Assembly: GCA_963850305.1 (NCBI GenBank) | Contig: CAWKKR010000007.1 | Location: forward strand, 608,001 to 672,000 | Source of the DNA: an uncultured delta proteobacterium | GTDB lineage: Bacteria > Myxococcota_A > Polyangia > Polyangiales > Polyangiaceae | Direction of reading: 5' to 3' | DNA: 64,000 bases | In this document: positions 20,336-31,552 of the stretch, piece after piece | How the letters are laid out: the number at the start of each line of letters is the position of its first letter | Position numbering within the stretch: position 1 is the first letter of the stretch | Notes under the pieces: model-generated | Told to the model about the DNA's origin: nothing | Seen by the model: the letters and a program-made list of their open reading frames with translations, nothing else | Database searches by the model: none | Translations under genes and position numbers: made by a program

Positions 20336-20424
20336 CGTCCCGTGCGCTCGCCCGAGGCGCGTGCGCGAGGCTGTGGTAAGTCCGTCGACGCGACCGTTTC
20401 GGTCACGGGGAGAAGTCCGTCGCC

Positions 20425-22068
20425 ATGGCACAGAGCGCAATTCAGGATGGAATCGAGCCCACGGGGGCCGCGTCGCCGTCGCAGTGGGTCAGCCCGGCTG
20501 GTGAGACGGTGTCCTACGACCCCGCGACGCTGGTCGAGATCGGTCGTGTACCGAACACGGACCTCGCGATGATGCCAGAGATATTCGCGCGCGCTCGCGA
20601 CGCCCAGAAGGCATGGGCGAAGGTGCCATTTTCGGAGCGGAAAAGTCACATTCACAAGATGCGCGACTACATCGTCGATCACGCCGAAGAGCTCGCAGAG
20701 ATCGTCTGTCGGGACAACGGCAAGCTGCGTCTGGACGCGCTCACGACGGAGGTGATCCCCTCCGCGCTCGCAGCCGACTGGTACGGGAAGAATGCGGAGA
20801 GGGCGCTCGCGCCGAAGAGGTTGCGCATGGGGTCACTCCTCTTCTTCAACAAGCGCAATGAGATTCGACGCGTCCCGCTCGGCGTCGTTGGGATCATCAG
20901 CCCCTGGAACTACCCTCTCTCGATCCCGTTCGGCGAGGTCGTGATGGGGCTCATGGCCGGGAATGCGATCCTGCTCAAAGTCGCGGCAGCGACGATCACG
21001 ACAGGGCAAGCGATCGAACGGATCGTGGCGGCAGGCAAGCTTCCTGATGGTCTCTTCCAGCATATCGTCGGTTCGGGCGGGAGAGTGTCGCAAGCGTTCT
21101 TCGACAATGGCATCAACAAGCTGTTCTTCACGGGGTCCGTGCCGACGGGTAAGCAGCTCATGGCCGCCGCGGCGAAGACCCTGACGCCGCTCTCGCTCGA
21201 GCTCGGGGGCAAGGATCCGATGATCGTGCTCGCCGATGCGGATCTCGAGCGCGCGGCGAATGGGGCGGCGTGGGCAGGGTATCAAAATGCCGGCCAGAGC
21301 TGCGGCGGCGTCGAGCGTGTCTACGTGCACGAGTCCGTGTACGAGCCATTCGTCGACCTTCTTGCGAGGAAGACGCGCGCGATGCGTCACGGACCCGATC
21401 GCGGGCCGGACGTGGACATGGGCGCGATGACGACGGCGGAGCAGCTCAAGACGGTGAAACGTCAGGTCGAGCTCGCCGTCGCGGCCGGCGCGAAGGTCGT
21501 CGCACAATCCAGACCCACCAATGCTGATGCGAAGGGGTATTTTTTTCCGGCCACGTTGATGACGGGGGTCGACCACTCGATGGAGTTGATGCGCGAGGAG
21601 ACGTTCGGTCCGGTCGTCCCGGTGATGAGATTCAGCACGACAGAAGAAGCCGTCCGACTCGCGAACGACTCCACGATGGCGCTCACATCGTCAATCTGGA
21701 CGAAAGACATCGCGCTCGGGAAGAGGCTCGCGTCCGAGATCGAATCCGGCGTGACCACGATCAACGATCACCTCTACACGCACGGTCAGAGCGAGACCCC
21801 ATGGGGTGGCTGGAAAGACTCCGGTCTCGGGCGCACGCACTCCGCCCTGGGGCTCGATGAAATGACGCAGCCGAAGGTGGTCAACTGGGATATCGTGCCG
21901 TCGAAGCGAAACATCTGGTGGTACCCGTTCGATCAGTCAACGTACGACGGCATGCTCGCGGCGCTTCGTATGAACTATCCGAGGTCTTTCTTCGCATGGA
22001 TCCGCGACGTGTCCGTGCTTTCGAGGTTGTTATTGCGGAAGATGTTTTCTCCCTGGCGTCCCGAGTAG
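20425..22068 (+). CDS. Aldehyde dehydrogenase
   Basis: ISPWNYP, FTGS, LELGGKD, NAGQSC, EETFGP. Confidence 0.95.
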   Translation: MAQSAIQDGIEPTGAASPSQWVSPAGETVSYDPATLVEIGRVPNTDLAMMPEIFARARDAQKAWAKVPFSERKSHIHKMRDYIVDHAEELAEIVCRDNGKLRLDALTTEVIPSALAADWYGKNAERALAPKRLRMGSLLFFNKRNEIRRVPLGVVGIISPWNYPLSIPFGEVVMGLMAGNAILLKVAAATITTGQAIERIVAAGKLPDGLFQHIVGSGGRVSQAFFDNGINKLFFTGSVPTGKQLMAAAAKTLTPLSLELGGKDPMIVLADADLERAANGAAWAGYQNAGQSCGGVERVYVHESVYEPFVDLLARKTRAMRHGPDRGPDVDMGAMTTAEQLKTVKRQVELAVAAGAKVVAQSRPTNADAKGYFFPATLMTGVDHSMELMREETFGPVVPVMRFSTTEEAVRLANDSTMALTSSIWTKDIALGKRLASEIESGVTTINDHLYTHGQSETPWGGWKDSGLGRTHSALGLDEMTQPKVVNWDIVPSKRNIWWYPFDQSTYDGMLAALRMNYPRSFFAWIRDVSVLSRLLLRKMFSPWRPE

Positions 22069-22122
22069 CGCGATCGGGCCCACGCGCTCGGAGCCAGCGA
22101 CCTTTGGTGTAGATTCGCGCGC

Positions 22123-24558
22123 GTGTTCCCCTGGAAGCGGGCGCCGCCCGAACGAGCGCCTTGGCCCACGATCGTCGCGCTTCTGGCGATCGTCGTCCTC
22201 TATCAGATCTACGAGTGGCAGACCGCCCGCCTCGAGCATTACGGAACGCACGGTCGCGTCGAGACACTTTCCGCTTCGCCGAGCGTTCTGAACGCCCTCG
22301 GACGGGCGGGGGACCTCGTTTTGCAAGACGAGGCGGGGCCGTCGATCACCATCGTTGCGGCGCCGAACATCGAAGGGCATCCGCCGCTCCTCGGCGCGAT
22401 CGTGGATGCCGTTGCGAATCCGCGGATCACTGTGTCCCCGCTGCTCTGGATTCGCGCCGCGACAGAGGCTCCCACCGGGAAGGTCACATATCTCGCCGAA
22501 CGAACGCCGCAACCATTCACATGCGAAGACGGGAGCATCGGTGTGCGGGGTTACGGCGCGTACGCCGTCGCGTTGACGGCGACCACGTGCGCGGCGGGGA
22601 ACGGGAGGTTCATTCTCCGCAGCAAGCTCGACTCCCTGCCCGAGGGGTCCACGATCATCGACGAGCTCAACCTCGGTTCCCGTGCCGTCGTCGTCTCGGG
22701 CGACGGTGCTGCTTGGGGTACGGAGCACGATACGACGTTCGTGGCCGCCGCGTACGGCGGGACCGCGGTGATACTGGAGGCGCCTCACATGCACGTCAGC
22801 CGGATCCTTTCACATCCCGGGGAGGCGACATTTCCCCCGACCGTGATTGTCCGATACGGCGACGTCGCGGACGTCACGCGGACCCTGCACATCCTTCGAG
22901 GCGACGTCCTCGACGCCATTGCGACCTTGCCCGAAGCGAAGCGAAGCATCGACGTCACGTTCGGTGAGAACCGTGGTGGCGAGATATCCGTGCGCGATGC
23001 TGCGGATCGCGAACTCGCGTCTGGTATCGTCGCACGGGGAAAAACACGGACGCTCGATCTCCCCGGGGATTTTGGTGATCATCTCGTGCTGAGGGACGAT
23101 CGCGGCGTCCTGACCGACGCTCACGCGCCGCTCTCGGGATCGTCGATCCACGCCGCGACCGCGGCGGTTGGCGACGTTTCACTCGAATACGAGGATGACC
23201 GAGGCGCGCCTCTTCCAGTGCATGTTCTCGTAAAGGGCATCGACGGCACTCCGGACCCCGAGCCCGCGGGGGCAGCGGGCAGAACCGTCGTTGCGGGGCG
23301 GTCGCTCTATCTTCTCGACGGTAGAACGCGGGTGACGCTCGCCGTCGGCAGCTATCGGTTCACGGCGTCGCACGGTACGACCTACTCGCTGTCCGTGCGC
23401 GAGGTCAGCGCCGTCGCAGGCAGGACCAACGCCATCCATGATTCGCTCGGCCGCGTGCTGGATACATCGGGATGGGTCAGTGCAGATTTCAATCTACACT
23501 CAGCAGCCAGTCCCGATTCGGACGTCTCGCGCCTCGATCTGGTGAACAGCTTGGCCTGCGAGGGTCTCGATCTCGCCGTCGCAACGGACCACGATCGCGT
23601 CACGGACTTTGCTCCCGATGTACGAGCCCTCGGCCTGTCGGCACGACTCGCGACGGCTCCGGGTGTCGAAATCACGTCCGCGGGGCAGCGCTGGGGGCAC
23701 TTCAACGCATACCCGCTACCGCCGCCGAGCGGTGCGCCGGAGCGGGGTGTCCCGATGTACTTCGACAGGCGCCCCGCGGAGATATTTGCGTCGGCGCGGT
23801 ATCTCGGCGCGCGCGTCATTCAGATCGACCACGCGCGCATGGATCCCATGAGCGGCTACTTCGATCTGGCTCATTTCGATCCAAGGACCGGGCGCTCCTC
23901 TCCGGAGTTCTCTCTCGACTTCGACACGTTGGAGGCGTTCGACGGGACGTGGCTCGAGCGACCCAAAAAAATTCGACAGGGTCCAGTGGACGCTGTCGGC
24001 CTTGCCCGCCGCGGTAAGCGAGTCGCCATTGTCGGCAGCAGTGACTTGCACGACGTCCTTTACGGGGAGCCGGGTTACCCCCGCACGTTCATACACGTTG
24101 CGTGCGATCCCGTCGTTGGTCGCGTCGGCCGCGTCGTTCGGGCGTTGCTAGGCGTTCGCGATACGACCGTAACGTCCGGCCCTTTCGTGGAAATGTCCGT
24201 GGAAGGGCACCCGGTCGGCAGCGTGGTCACACCCGGATCGAACGGCTCCGTCGAAGTCCACGTCAGGGTTTCGGCGCCGTCGTGGGTGCCGGTCGATCAC
24301 GTCGAGATCTGGCGCGACGATGCGGTTTTCCTGAGACTCCCTGTTCCCGGGCCGCCGAAGGACGGCATTCGTTTCGAAGGGACGTTCTACGTACCCATCG
24401 AGGGGCAAGACGCCACCATCCTCGCGTGGGCCGATGCAGACTCACCACTGCCTGACGTGGTGCCGGGCGGCCACGCACTCTCGGTCGGCTTCACGGGGCT
24501 CGTGTATGTCGACGCGGATCGAGACGGAAAGATCGCGGTGCCGTCCGCGTCGCCGTGA
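22123..24558 (+). CDS. CehA/McbA-like PHP-fold metallohydrolase, membrane anchored
   Basis: N-terminal TM; ADFNLHS, VATDHD, GVEIT, WGHFNAYP, QIDHAR, SSDLH, TSGPF. Confidence 0.75.
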   Translation: MFPWKRAPPERAPWPTIVALLAIVVLYQIYEWQTARLEHYGTHGRVETLSASPSVLNALGRAGDLVLQDEAGPSITIVAAPNIEGHPPLLGAIVDAVANPRITVSPLLWIRAATEAPTGKVTYLAERTPQPFTCEDGSIGVRGYGAYAVALTATTCAAGNGRFILRSKLDSLPEGSTIIDELNLGSRAVVVSGDGAAWGTEHDTTFVAAAYGGTAVILEAPHMHVSRILSHPGEATFPPTVIVRYGDVADVTRTLHILRGDVLDAIATLPEAKRSIDVTFGENRGGEISVRDAADRELASGIVARGKTRTLDLPGDFGDHLVLRDDRGVLTDAHAPLSGSSIHAATAAVGDVSLEYEDDRGAPLPVHVLVKGIDGTPDPEPAGAAGRTVVAGRSLYLLDGRTRVTLAVGSYRFTASHGTTYSLSVREVSAVAGRTNAIHDSLGRVLDTSGWVSADFNLHSAASPDSDVSRLDLVNSLACEGLDLAVATDHDRVTDFAPDVRALGLSARLATAPGVEITSAGQRWGHFNAYPLPPPSGAPERGVPMYFDRRPAEIFASARYLGARVIQIDHARMDPMSGYFDLAHFDPRTGRSSPEFSLDFDTLEAFDGTWLERPKKIRQGPVDAVGLARRGKRVAIVGSSDLHDVLYGEPGYPRTFIHVACDPVVGRVGRVVRALLGVRDTTVTSGPFVEMSVEGHPVGSVVTPGSNGSVEVHVRVSAPSWVPVDHVEIWRDDAVFLRLPVPGPPKDGIRFEGTFYVPIEGQDATILAWADADSPLPDVVPGGHALSVGFTGLVYVDADRDGKIAVPSASP

Positions 24559-24595
24559 TCCAACCCCAGAGATCGCCGGGGTGAGCTCACACGCG

Positions 24596-24784
24596 TTACT
24601 CGTCTTCCTCGAAGCCTTCTGGAAGCGGCTGAGGTCCGGGAACAATCCCAGCGATATCCGGATCGACACCAGGTTCCGTGACGGGTCGATTACCGCGGTC
24701 ATCTCGCCGCTGCTGCCGCTTCTGCTCCTTCTCGCGCTGCTTCTCCTGACGAGACTTCTCTTTCTGACGCTTGTTGATGGTCAT
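24596..24784 (-). CDS. Small basic conserved hypothetical protein, downstream of the RRM gene
   Basis: KRQKEKSRQEKQREK...DPDIAGIVPGPQP; 8 nt downstream of the RRM stop. Confidence 0.65.
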   Translation of the reverse strand: MTINKRQKEKSRQEKQREKEQKRQQRRDDRGNRPVTEPGVDPDIAGIVPGPQPLPEGFEEDE

Positions 24785-24792
24785 CTAGGAGT

Positions 24793-25197
24793 TCACCAGC
24801 GCTTCCCGCCGCCACCACGGCCGCCGTCGCGGCCGCGGCCACCGCCTCCATCTCCCTCGTATCCACCGCCCGATCCGCCTCTCCCGCGGCCTCCGCCGTC
24901 GCGGCCCCGACCACCGCCCCCTCCGTGATCCCGGCGACCGCCGCCGCCTTTTCGCTCCTCGGCTTCGTTGACCCGAATCGGTCGGCCGCCGAGCATGGTG
25001 CCATTCATCCGCGAGATCGCTTCGGCCGCGCTCTCGGCGGTCCCCATCGTGACGAAGCCAAAGCCGCGAGGACGGCCACTATCTCGATCCATCGCGATGT
25101 GCACGTCCGTCACTTCACCAAGTTCCGAGAACGCTGTCCGGACGGATTCGACCGTCGTGTCGAAGGAGAGGTTGCCGACGAAAAGCCGATTGCCCAT
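24793..25197 (-). CDS. RRM RNA-binding protein with a Gly/Arg-rich tail
   Basis: RNP2 LFVGNL, RNP1 [11 protein letters not shown] tail. Confidence 0.95.
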   Translation of the reverse strand: MGNRLFVGNLSFDTTVESVRTAFSELGEVTDVHIAMDRDSGRPRGFGFVTMGTAESAAEAISRMNGTMLGGRPIRVNEAEERKGGGGRRDHGGGGGRGRDGGGRGRGGSGGGYEGDGGGGRGRDGGRGGGGKRW

Positions 25198-25759
25198 GGG
25201 TCCCGCTGTCTTGCCGCAGCTTCGAAACAACGCGCCCTGAGGCGCCGGCCCCGCCTTCCGACGAGCTGCTGAGATCGGAGGGAGGGTTGCGTGGAATCCG
25301 CGGTTACGAGGGCAGCACGGTAGCGCACTCCTCGGAGCGCGCAATACTCCGATTTGGCGCGTGACGACGGTTTGCGGTCGATTCTCCGGTGACCGCCTCC
25401 CGCGATGGCACTACAGCGGACACGCCGAACCGCGCACCTTGGGATGCTGCCGGTCGTGCGCCCGGCGGACGCGGCTTCGGTTTCAGCTGAGCGCGGCCCT
25501 TGGAGCTCCAGGGAAATGGAGCGTTCACACGCGCCCCGGTGATGTGGGTCGCGTCGCCGCATGCGGCCGCGACGGGCGCATCCGTGGGGCAAATGTCGAC
25601 GATGGCGTCTTGGCCGGATGCTGGCGTCTTTCTGTGGTGCGCCTCCACGGAAAGACGAGCTCTGCCCCGTTCCTCAGCGCGTCGTCGCGCGTGTGCCAGT
25701 GGCACGACGACTGCAACAGGTGTGGCTGCGACGTTCCCAAAGCGAGGCGAGACTATTCG

Positions 25760-26248
25760 ATGTCGGACACATATCGCTCCACTCCTCCTGCGGCTCCTCG
25801 GCAGGTCGACGAAATCCGCGTTCATGAGAGAAAGCCGTCGGCGGCTCCGCTCGTCGGCCTCGCGGTGCTCGGCCTCGTCGTTTTCGCACTCTGGGGCTAT
25901 TCAGGGAGCCGCGGGACCGCGGCGGTTTGCAATGGAGCCACCGTTCACTTCGCGGAAGAGAGCGTAGCGGTCGATACCGACGCCGACGCGTCTCTCCGCG
26001 AGCTCGCGAGCTGCCTGCGCGCGAACCCTCGCCAGGCGGTGCGCATCGAGGGGCACGCCGATCCGTCAGAGGTGGCCATCGACCCGTCACTGGCGCGAAG
26101 CCGCGCGATTGCGCTAGCGCGCTGGCTGGCGATCCTCGGCGTGCCGGCCACGCAGTTCGCTGTCGACGATGCCTCGGCTGCTTGCACCGACGACACTGCA
26201 GTTTGCCGTAGCGCCTCCGTAGTCTTGTTCCAACGAGCGACCCCGTAA
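25760..26248 (+). CDS. OmpA-like C-terminal domain membrane protein
   Basis: One TM; VHFAEES, VRIEGHAD, LARSRA. Confidence 0.7.
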   Translation: MSDTYRSTPPAAPRQVDEIRVHERKPSAAPLVGLAVLGLVVFALWGYSGSRGTAAVCNGATVHFAEESVAVDTDADASLRELASCLRANPRQAVRIEGHADPSEVAIDPSLARSRAIALARWLAILGVPATQFAVDDASAACTDDTAVCRSASVVLFQRATP

Positions 26249-26274
26249 TCCACTCACGACCGAAAGGACATTCC

Positions 26275-27027
26275 ATGCAAGGCGCACTCTCTCGACTCCA
26301 CTCCTGGGAACTCGACCGAAAGGAGGACGACGTACGTGGTTGGGCCCTACGCGACATGGAGGGCCGAACGCTCGGGAACGTCGGGGATCTGATCGTCGAT
26401 ACCGACACCCGGACCGTGATCCGAGTCGTGCTGGGCGACGGGCGGCAATACGCGGCTTCGCAGGTCTTCCTGGGAGACCGCTTTCTGACTCTCAGCCGAC
26501 CGCAGAAGCGGGACCCCGCCATTCGTGAGACTCGAACCGAGTCGTCCACCCAGACGGAGGCTGCAGCGCGTGCTTCCGAAAGCGCGGACCCGACGAAGAT
26601 CGAGTCCAGGCCTCTCGTCGCCAATCGGGACTTCGATCTGGTCGTACCGATCATCGAAGAGGAACTCGAGGTGTCGAAACGGAGGTATGAGACGGGCGGA
26701 ATACGCGTCGATGCTCACGTCGTGACGAAGCCCGTAGAACAGGATGTGCGGCTCACCGAGGAGCGCGTACACGTCGAACGGAAGCCAGTTGATCTCCCGC
26801 TGACCCCCACCGCGGCCGCGGCACGCCTTCACGATGCGACCGTCGAGATGGCGGCGATGTCCGAGCTTCCAGTTGTGGACAAGGTCGCGCAGGTCGTCGA
26901 GGAGGTTGTCGTCAAGAAGGAAGTCACGGAGCGCGTTCAGGTGATCCGCGACACCGTTCGGCATACCGACGCTCAGGTAACGAAACTTCCGGGTACGGAA
27001 CTGTCCGTCAAAGGAGCTGTGCGATGA
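26275..27027 (+). CDS. PRC-barrel + YsnF/AvaK (DUF2382) protein
   Basis: DDVRGWALRDMEGRTLGNVGDLIVD; VPIIEEELEVSKR; EEVVVKKE. Confidence 0.88.
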   Translation: MQGALSRLHSWELDRKEDDVRGWALRDMEGRTLGNVGDLIVDTDTRTVIRVVLGDGRQYAASQVFLGDRFLTLSRPQKRDPAIRETRTESSTQTEAAARASESADPTKIESRPLVANRDFDLVVPIIEEELEVSKRRYETGGIRVDAHVVTKPVEQDVRLTEERVHVERKPVDLPLTPTAAAARLHDATVEMAAMSELPVVDKVAQVVEEVVVKKEVTERVQVIRDTVRHTDAQVTKLPGTELSVKGAVR

Positions 27028-27581
27028 GAACAGGGCAAGATCTGGTCATCCCCGTTATCGAAGAAGAGTTGCGCGTCGGGAAGCGCGAGGTGGACGCAGG
27101 TGGCGTGCGCGTCACGACGCAAATCCGCTCCCTTCCGATCGAAAAATCCGTCACGGTTCGCGAGGAAAGCGTCAAAGTCGAACGCCGGGTCACCAACCGC
27201 CCGATCGACGGCGCAGATGAGTGGTTTCGTGATCGCGCCCTCGAGATGAAGGCAACGTCGGAAGAGCCCGTCATCTCGAAGCATGCCCATGTGATCGAGG
27301 AGATTCGCGTCCACAAGGACCGAACCGAGCGCGTAGAGACGATCCACGACTCCCTTCGTCATACGGACGTGAAGGTCACGGAGGCCTCGCCTGCGAAACC
27401 CTCCATAAAGCGGCAGCTGTCACCTGCTTTCGAGTATGGACAGCTCCTTCACCGACGCATGCCTGGCAGAGACTTCGCGGCCCTCGAAGCAGATGCAATG
27501 GCCAAATGGGAAGCGGCGAATCCCGGCACCTGGGGCGATTGCAAGGACGCCATCCGCGCCGGCTGGGAATCGATGAGCTGA
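27024..27581 (+). CDS. YsnF/AvaK (DUF2382) domain protein
   Basis: IPVIEEELRVGKREV...EEIRVHKD...DSLRHTDV; ATGA overlap with the upstream gene. Confidence 0.88.
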   Translation: MRTGQDLVIPVIEEELRVGKREVDAGGVRVTTQIRSLPIEKSVTVREESVKVERRVTNRPIDGADEWFRDRALEMKATSEEPVISKHAHVIEEIRVHKDRTERVETIHDSLRHTDVKVTEASPAKPSIKRQLSPAFEYGQLLHRRMPGRDFAALEADAMAKWEAANPGTWGDCKDAIRAGWESMS

Positions 27582-27678
27582 TCGGTCCCGTTCGCGCGAG
27601 CTGGAGCAGAGCCCGGAGGAGCCGGTTGTTTGATGCACGGCGGAGCGACATCGCGCTCCGCCGTGAAGTCAGTGCTGA

Positions 27679-28047
27679 CTACCAGCGCTTGCCGCCGCCG
27701 CCACCCCCGTAGCCGCCGTCACGGCCGCCACCGCGGCCACCGCCGCCGCCGCCGCCACGGCCGCCGAACCCTCCGCCACCACCACCACCGCCGCCACCCT
27801 TACGCTCCTCCGCTTCGTTCACGCGAAGCGGGCGGCCGTCGAGGGTAGCGCCGTTCATGCGCGAGATGGCTTCCGCCGCAAGCTGCGACGTCCCCATCGT
27901 CACGAAGCCGAAGCCCCGCGAACGACCGCTGTCGCGATCCATCGCGATGTGGACGTCCGTGACTTCACCTACCTCGGAGAATGCCTGGCGGAGCGAGTCC
28001 GTCGTGGCGTCGTACGAGAGATTCCCAACATATAGCCGATTACCCAT
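27679..28047 (-). CDS. RRM RNA-binding protein with a Gly-rich tail (paralog of 24793..25197)
   Basis: [14 protein letters not shown], ends GGGGKRW. Confidence 0.95.
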   Translation of the reverse strand: MGNRLYVGNLSYDATTDSLRQAFSEVGEVTDVHIAMDRDSGRSRGFGFVTMGTSQLAAEAISRMNGATLDGRPLRVNEAEERKGGGGGGGGGGFGGRGGGGGGGRGGGRDGGYGGGGGGKRW

Positions 28048-28301
28048 GAGATTAACGTGTCTTTCGTTACGGCTCTACGTCGCGCCAGAGGCACTTCGAA
28101 CAATTCATCAATTCATCTTCCTGAGAACCGCTGAGAGCGGAGGATGAGACACGGAAGAACGTCTCCCGCGCCCACGCAGCGTCGCCAGAGTTTTGCGACG
28201 CGTCGCGATCCCATGGCTGGGAGGGCGGTGGGTCGATCGCCGGAAACGTTTCGTGACCGAGCTTCTTTAGCGCAAAGCTTCGTGGGGTACCAGGGGGGCT
28301 T

Positions 28302-29627
<1,326 letters not shown>

Positions 29628-29818
29628 GCTCCTCCAGGGCTCGCGGAGACCGCGAGCGCTCCACCCAAAACGGTATCACAGTGCGCGGCTCGGGGAAGCG
29701 CCGACCCGGCCCGCGATGCCTCGCGTTTCGGTCGTTGTCCCGGGGCTAGCACTCGGTGAGCCGGGCGTGGGTGAGGAAGCTGGACGACCACAGGACGAAA
29801 GCTGGATGATTTCGAGCG

Positions 29819-31552
29819 TTGTCCTTTCCGGCCACCCGCGGCGAAAGGGTCGCTCTCGGTTTGCTCCTGGCGCTCGCCGGCATCGCCTTCGTGCGTGTCG
29901 TCCAGCGCGCGTGGACGTGTGACGACGCGTTCATCTCGTACCGGTACGCCAGGCACCTGGTCGAGGGACACGGTCTCGTCTTCAACGTCGGCGAGCGCAT
30001 CGAAGGTTACACGAATCCGCTCTTCACCCTCGGGATCGCAGGGGCGATGGCGCTCGGCGCGAAGCCTCGCGTGGCGTCGATGGTCGCCGGTGCGGTCGCG
30101 TACTTTGCCGTCGCGCTCATGCTGGCGGAGGGTTCTCTGGAGCGGACTCCTTCGGGCAAGCAGTGGCTCCCGCTGGGCGCCGCCCTGTGGCTCGCCCAGG
30201 ACGATCTCTGGACATGGGCCACGGGAGGGCTCGAGACGACGGTGTTCGCCGCCCTGGCGTTCGCGGGGGTCCGCCGGCTCTCGTGCGGCGATCCGTCGTC
30301 ACGCAGCTACGCGATCGGAGGGGGCTGGCTCGCGCTCGCGTGTTTGACCCGGCCGGACGGCGTGATCTTCGCTGCGGTCGGCGTGCTCGGCATTTTCGCG
30401 ACATCGCAGCCACCAGCGCGAGGGCGGCGAGAGCTCGCCATGCACGTTGCGGCTGCGCTCGTCCCGCTGGCGGTTTTGGGTGGAGCGTTCGCAGCAGCCA
30501 AGCTCTGGTACTACGGGCGCCTGCTCCCAACGACGTTCTACGCGAAGTCAGCGGCGGACGCGGACTACGGACAGGGTCTCTTTTACCTCGCGCTCTACGC
30601 GGTGAAGCACTGGTCGATGTCGGTCGCCTGCGTGGTGCTTCCGATTGCGGCGTTGACGATGGGCGGCACTCGAACGCTATCCGGGCGCCGCGACGCCCTG
30701 GTCGCTCTGGTCGCATTCGCGACTTTCTCGATCTACGTCGCACGTTCCGGCGGTGACTTCATGTTCGCACGGCGGCTCGTTCCGGTGCTGCCGTTCTTGT
30801 TCGTCTTCCTCGACGCCGCGGTGTCTGCGCTCCCTGCGCGCGGCGGCGCTCCCGGTGCGTTCGCGTTCACGGTGGCAAGCTTCTTTCCATATCCCGTGTT
30901 CTCGGGGGATCGCCCTCCCGATATCCGCGGCATTTCCGACGAGAGATCCTATTATCCGGAAAGAGTGATCGACGCGCGTCGACAGCAAGGGGTGCTGGCG
31001 CGAAGGGTCTTCCGCGGAATCGATCTGAAGGCGTCTTTCGGCGGAGGCATGTGCATGTTCGCGTACTATAGCGATTTGCCTTACATGATCGAGCCGAACG
31101 GGCTCACGCAGTACTGGCTTGCCGAGCGTCCTCTCGCACGTCGCTCCGGCAAGATCGGGCACGAGAAACCGGTGACCCGCGACGAACTCCGGGAGCACGG
31201 TGCCACCCTCATCTTCCAGCGCGACCTGCCTCCGCTTCTGCAGGCGGAGCCGCGTTATGACGAGATCTTCTTGAACCGCACACTCCTCGTCGAGATGCTG
31301 GTGTATGACGACGCGTTGATGCAGCGGCTCGCGCGCGTACCGGGCGTCGTATTCCACTCCATCGACGATACTCTGCGAGACGCCGCATTCGACCTCCGCG
31401 GGATGACCTGCGGCGACGCGCGGGCATCGCTCCAATCGCTGTCGCGTTTCTATCTCGGGCGTCATCCCGACCGACTACCGCCGATCCGCGACGCCGTTGC
31501 CGCGGCGTGCTCGCGCTCGCACGCGCCAGCCGAGGACGTCGGTTCCCCATGA
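29819..31552 (+). CDS. GT-C fold membrane glycosyltransferase (AftB-like)
   Basis: DDAFISYRYARHLVEGHGLVFN.GERIEGYT, GGLET, LTRPDG, LPTTFYAK, GGDFM; many TM segments. Confidence 0.78.
   Translation: MSFPATRGERVALGLLLALAGIAFVRVVQRAWTCDDAFISYRYARHLVEGHGLVFNVGERIEGYTNPLFTLGIAGAMALGAKPRVASMVAGAVAYFAVALMLAEGSLERTPSGKQWLPLGAALWLAQDDLWTWATGGLETTVFAALAFAGVRRLSCGDPSSRSYAIGGGWLALACLTRPDGVIFAAVGVLGIFATSQPPARGRRELAMHVAAALVPLAVLGGAFAAAKLWYYGRLLPTTFYAKSAADADYGQGLFYLALYAVKHWSMSVACVVLPIAALTMGGTRTLSGRRDALVALVAFATFSIYVARSGGDFMFARRLVPVLPFLFVFLDAAVSALPARGGAPGAFAFTVASFFPYPVFSGDRPPDIRGISDERSYYPERVIDARRQQGVLARRVFRGIDLKASFGGGMCMFAYYSDLPYMIEPNGLTQYWLAERPLARRSGKIGHEKPVTRDELREHGATLIFQRDLPPLLQAEPRYDEIFLNRTLLVEMLVYDDALMQRLARVPGVVFHSIDDTLRDAAFDLRGMTCGDARASLQSLSRFYLGRHPDRLPPIRDAVAAACSRSHAPAEDVGSP

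Noticed and set aside
27690..27800. (CCG/CCA)n microsatellite-like tract
   Set aside because: It encodes the Gly-rich tail of the RRM protein.
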